From the NCBI GenBank assembly GCA_000708835.1, contig DF237152.1, positions 82,228 through 146,227 on the forward strand: a stretch of 64,000 nt of DNA, given 5' to 3'. How positions within the stretch are numbered: position 1 is the stretch's first letter; each line of letters begins with the position of its first letter. The notes under the pieces were generated by a model. It was not told the origin of the DNA and ran no database searches. It was given only the letters and a program-made list of their open reading frames with translations. Below, piece by piece: positions 60,201 to 64,000 of the stretch. The position numbers and the translations under genes are program-made. The DNA is from Klebsormidium nitens (taxonomy: Eukaryota; Plantae; Klebsormidiophyceae).

Positions 60201-62881
60201 TGCAGTCAGCTTGAGCTGGAAGCCTCCGAGACTTACCAGCGGGTTTTTACAGAAGCGGCCGTCCTTAAGGGCGTCGCACACGACGAGGACTGGGTCCACA
60301 CTGCACACAGAATCGGAGCAAGTGAGCAATCTTCACATGATGCTGCTTCTGCGAAAGACTCCGCACTTTGCTTGACATACTCGCTGACATCACACTCACT
60401 GCAGACGGAACCTGCGATTTGCTTGTGTAGCAAATCTTCTGCAGATGCTAGAAGAGATCGCACCTGCAGCTTGATGAATAGTACAGATCCCCCCCACCAA
60501 CCCCGGCCTATTCTACGTCGAAACTGTAGTTGACACTCTGCCGTGCTCTGACTAGGAGCTATGTCCAGAACCTGCCTCCCCTACAGCGAGACTAGAGTCA
60601 ACACTTTGCCAAAGTTAGAAATAAGTAATACTTCTCTTCTTCAGGAAAACTGCCATGTCAATCAGCAAAAAATACAAAAATGGCCCTGAAATATGGGGCC
60701 ACGTGCCTGAATAATGAGAGCAAAGAAACAAAAAGGCCTCAAGAAGGGCGCCAGAGTAGGGCTCAAGACCTCTAAAGACCTCGAGACCTTTCAATGCTAC
60801 AAGACCTCGAACTTTTACAGAGGTGGTGACGCTACTCACGAGGGCAAGAGCGCGAAGGCACAGAACGAGCTCGCGCGCTCGGTCTGGGGGCACCCGGGCA
60901 GGCCGAGGTTCGACTTAAACCACTGCCGATGCTCGTCAACAAGGGACACAAGAGCAACAGGCGTCTGCAGAGGGGAAGAGCGGGCGGTGAGAACGGGGTA
61001 CTCACGAGGGGAGAATGACGTATTGGCAAAACGACAGCCAACGGGGAACTTCCCTGGGAGCCCCGGCGAAGCCAGTGTTTGATTTCCACTGGGTAATTTC
61101 GGAGTCAGTCAGTGTGATGAGAGACACGGTGGTCTGCAGTAGGGGGAGAACACGCGGTAAGGAGCGGGGGGGCAGTAAGGAGGGGGGAGCAGTCTGTCCA
61201 AGCGCTAAAATCTGCTTCTTGACTATTCCCTCTGCTATTTAGCACCAGTCTGTATCCACGTTCTAGGTCTCTCATCGCTAGGACTCTCTCTTGCCGTCTG
61301 ATTTGAGTCCTAACGGAAGCACCAATGAAGCAAGCATTGCGTCTTTCCTATTTGGAAGGAAGCCAGTGCTCCATTGGAGTGGAAGAATTGCCGTCATGCC
61401 CTTTCTGAGACTGTCAGCTCAAACCGAACGCACTTAGGAAAGCAGACCCGAAACACCCTTGGTGAAGCCCCTAAAGCATGATTCAGCACTTTACCCCCGC
61501 GCTTTGGGGCAAAAAGCTCTCATATCTCAAAAAACTCCACCCTCTGCACCTGATATGGTACTCGAGCACTGAGTGGCAAGAGCCCCAAGTTGTTTGGTAC
61601 ACATTCTTGTCAACCCTCAAGGAGAATAAGACGCTGCTTGCTCACATGGAAGATCATCGACGCAAGGGCGGTGAGTCGATCATACCGGGGCTCTGGCTCC
61701 TGCAAACAGAAGCAAAGCAGCCGAGTCACAAAGAGTATCCCCTTGTCTGGCTGCTGTGGAAAGTGTCAATGAGATCGAGCGGCTGTTTGGAACAGATCTG
61801 GAGTCTCCCAAGAGGAGTTGCTGAGGCCTCTCGTGGCAGCTTCAGATGTTCTCTCCAAGTTGACGAAAGTCTGGCCCTCTCGCACAGAGACCACCATAGA
61901 AAGGTCTTTACACATACTGCCTCTTGAGCATCCAATGAAAATGTGATGGAAAATGTAATGAAAAATGTGATCCATGAGGTATTGGCCTTGACGAGCTCGG
62001 CAGCACATCGACCTAATAAACAGCCCCCACAACGTATGGCATCGATCGGGTGTCTTACCGTGTCTAGGATATTATAGCTCCTCAACACGTTCACGCGAAA
62101 TTCCTCGTTGCTTGGCTTAGGGGCCCCCTGCAGAACCATAACCAGACAGCGGTAAGTCATAACCAGGCAGCGGTGAGTCATAAACAGGCAGCGGTGAGTC
62201 ATATGGTACCAGGCAGCGGTAAATCGTAAACAGGAAGCGGTAAGGCAAAGGAAGAGACTGTCCTCAAGAAAATTTTGACGCGCCATTTTTAATCAGAACT
62301 CAAAAATGACCCGATAAGTAAGTCGAAGGACTTATGAGGGGCACAATATGCTTTAATAGATACCCAAACCCTAATTCAAAGACCCAAAGAAGGCACCATT
62401 CAAGATACAGACGTTTCTTATGCTCAACGCACTTGGGGTTCAGCTGAACTTCGTCGCCCTCTTTCAATGCCAGCGCCGTCTTGAGAGAGTGAAAGATACT
62501 CAAGAACCGCGACGATCGGTGGAAATTTGTTAAAAGCGACTTTCACAACGCCAACTCATTTTCTCCAGAGGCGCACCGCCTCATCGAGCCCCACACCTGT
62601 GGATCATACTCGGACTCTGGCCCTGGTCGCATCACAAATCCCACCGGGCTTGGCCGCCTCGCCGCGGGGCAAACAAATGGATCGTGCTGCAAAGGGCCGA
62701 CGCAAGTGAAGCCAATGCCTGCTGACGTCATGTCTGAGGTGGCAGCGGCCCCCCAGGCGGGGGCGGATGCCACCTTGGTTGCACGAGTGTCATCGCCCGA
62801 GGACGGCCGCTTGACGCCCCTAGAGGAAGGCCCGTTTGCATGCCAAGGCTCCTCGTGCTGGTCTGAAGAGCGCCTCGCCAT
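51256..62881 (-). CDS. Hybrid sensor histidine kinase GAF - LOV-like PAS - HisKA - HATPase - pseudo-receiver - receiver, ~1080 aa; exons 62597-62881, 62059-62127, 61646-61699, [61006-61133 OR 60840-60964], 60237-60300, 59822-59898, 59391-59475, 59008-59098, 58474-58613, 57826-58016, 57358-57504, 56468-56612, 55732-55871, 54766-55097, 53418-54148, 52474-52792, 51757-51791, 51256-51468
   Basis: GAF: NEEFRVNVLRSYNILDT|EPEPRYDRLT...SFC...DALKDGRFCKNPL|VIGEPHIRFYAGAPL...GSLCIIDFEPR; PAS: PIVFVNEG..TITGY...HCGSLLEGPLTD...ILNYRKDGTPFWN; H-box SHEIRTPMNAI; N/G1/F/G2 boxes QILTNLLSNSAKFT, DTGIGI, FEAFTQ, GGTGLGLAIS; REC VVEDN...LMDVQMPEMDG...IIALTA...YLSKP. Exons sum to 3243 nt with the 125-nt exon. 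The first and last exon limits are less certain. Confidence 0.9.
52150..52370. repeat. Degenerate GTGTCCAAAA-core minisatellite in a kinase intron, including a perfect 22-bp tandem duplication (52288-52331)
   Basis: Many (g)tgtcc(a) cores; gtactcatggtgtccagaaaga twice in tandem. Confidence 0.7.
53658..53762 (-). repeat. Five in-frame 21-nt repeats encoding approximately GVSANxE within the pseudo-receiver of the kinase
   Basis: Units cccgtttgcactaaccccctg etc. on +; translate to RVSANRE-GVSGNTE-GVSTYGE-GVSAKRQ-GVSANG. Confidence 0.85.
54247..54657 (-). repeat. Four degenerate copies of the acceptor plus G2-box start (GTGLGLAISK) in a kinase intron
   Basis: Copies at ~54247-54284, 54373-54420, 54502-54550 and 54615-54657 versus the true junction at 54121-54160. 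Confidence 0.75.
60840..60964 (-). CDS. Candidate mutually exclusive GAF exon 4b (TPVALVSLVDEHRQWFKSNLGLPGCPQTERASSFCAFALLPS)
   Basis: Acceptor ctcttcccctctgcag|acg, donor ccctc|gtgagt; 125 nt; canonical GAF consensus. Confidence 0.88.
61006..61133 (-). CDS. Candidate mutually exclusive GAF exon 4a (TTVSLITLTDSEITQWKSNTGFAGAPREVPRWLSFCQYVILPS)
   Basis: Acceptor ttctccccctactgcag|acc, donor ccctc|gtgagt; 128 nt, open, same entry (0) and exit (2) phases as exon 4b. Confidence 0.8.
62137..62245. repeat. Five ~21-nt tandem repeats (CATAACCAGGCAGCGGTGAGT) immediately upstream of the kinase exon-2 acceptor
   Basis: Units start at 62137, 62158, 62179, 62200 and 62225. Confidence 0.85.
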
Positions 62882-64000
62882 GTTTGGCGCCCTTGGGACT
62901 TGTCAGCAGTAAAGTGGCCGAGCTGTGGCGAACAAAGAGACCAATCAGATGGTTGGGAGGATCAAACGGTGCACATGGACCCCACAGTTGATATGAATCA
63001 AAAGTCGAGATGGATCCAGTTTCTAGGTGGTGCATAAGGATCCGTGTCAGGATCTAAAAGCCCCAGGATTTGGACGAACAAGTGGAGAAATATGACAAAC
63101 CCTAAGACTTAGAGTCACAACACAGACAGAATCCCACAGAATACCTGAACATGATTCATTGTCGCCTGGGAACACCTGAGACAGACGTGTTCCCCAAAGC
63201 TGTAGGTTAAATGCTTACTGAATCAGATAAAACATTCTGCTTTATCTGATTATTGTTGAAAACCTTCCCTAGTAAGTTATGATTTCAGGCATGGCAGTTC
63301 ACAGCAACAAGAGTAAGCAGGTCGAACTAGCATCTTGAAGTGCCACAGCAATAAGATACTTTCGAAAATAACTCAGAGCTTGGATCTAAACACTGCACTG
63401 GCCGTTGCTAAAGTTGACCAATGTGGACTCCCTTCATATCATTGACGATGAGATAGCCAACCCAAAATGGGGACCAGAAGTTGATCATGACCAGTAACTT
63501 TGAGCCAATAAGGCATATATTCTTTCCATCTCTCACCAGGGAAGTCTTGCCGCACCCTTTCTTTTCACTTTGCCCCGAAAATTTCCATCGAGGCCATCCT
63601 GAGTCTCTGCTAATCTGCGCCCGCGCTCTTGACGATATCTTTACCAAGGTGGCCTCCCCTGTCCTGAAGTTTCAAACTCGAATGCGAGCTCGATTCGGAT
63701 AGGCAGAGGAACAGAGAATCTCAAGGAGACGGTGCCACGGTCCACCCCTTGCAGCAGTGCAGCCGCCATGCCATGATACAACTTCAATTTACGAAGTCGC
63801 GGCATCAGCCTACACCCCGTTCTAGCCTCTATGTGCGGTCTAGACACGTACCGCCGCCGGGACTGTCACCGGTGCAAGCGCAGCAGATTTAACGGTACAT
63901 AAACTATTGTTACGAGTGTTGAACACCCACGAAAACGTGGAGTCTAGCTTTCTATGTCGTTTGTTTTAGTATCTATCTATCTTTTTTTTTTTTTAATTAT

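Noticed and set aside
60400-60411. Possible 12-nt in-frame micro-exon (cag|gttccgtctgca|gtgagt) in the GAF region
   Set aside because: The acceptor lacks a good pyrimidine tract, the GAF alignment does not need the extra residues, and the site is equally explained as a decayed copy of the downstream tgcag|tgtgg acceptor. Only RNA-seq could rescue it.
51256-62881. Recent bacterial horizontal transfer of the histidine kinase
   Set aside because: It has 17 spliceosomal introns and host-like codon usage; hybrid kinases are native to streptophyte algae.
63982-63994. T13 tract as a retroelement poly(A) tail
   Set aside because: It lies at the window edge with no visible element body or target duplication.

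Overview
Eukaryotic, intron-rich genomic DNA with GT-AG introns of about 0.1-1.7 kb and GC3-rich exons. The gene content is plant-type, most consistent with a streptophyte alga such as Klebsormidium (inference from style and gene content, not verified). I reconstructed eight spliced genes by hand; for the seven complete ones the exon lengths sum to whole codons. They are: VPS22/SNF8 (5' end outside the window, +), a MYND zinc-finger protein (+), cathepsin B (-), a RecQ4/BLM-type helicase (+, 24 exons), a conserved plant-type membrane protein of unknown function (-, one GC-AG intron), a plant eIF4B-module/CCHC-knuckle/Gly-rich protein (+), DNA topoisomerase VI subunit B (-, 18 exons) and a GAF-LOV-like PAS-HisKA-HATPase-pseudoREC-REC hybrid histidine kinase (-). 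The best candidate for an undescribed system is in the kinase: two tandem, homologous, intact exons (61006-61133 and 60840-60964), only 41 nt apart and phase-incompatible with each other, encode two divergent versions of the GAF core. This is the layout of mutually exclusive exons swapping a sensor pocket upstream of an atypical LOV-like domain. It sits within a window-wide pattern in which most genes carry tandem degenerate copies of their own splice junctions or exons inside adjacent introns. Also present: several MITE-like inverted-repeat elements (two share a G-quadruplex/telomere-like core but have different inverted arms), a perfect 74-bp hairpin, and palindrome-dense islands at gene 3' ends. 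No rRNA, tRNA or CRISPR was seen. All coordinates were hand-counted and may be off by a base or two.
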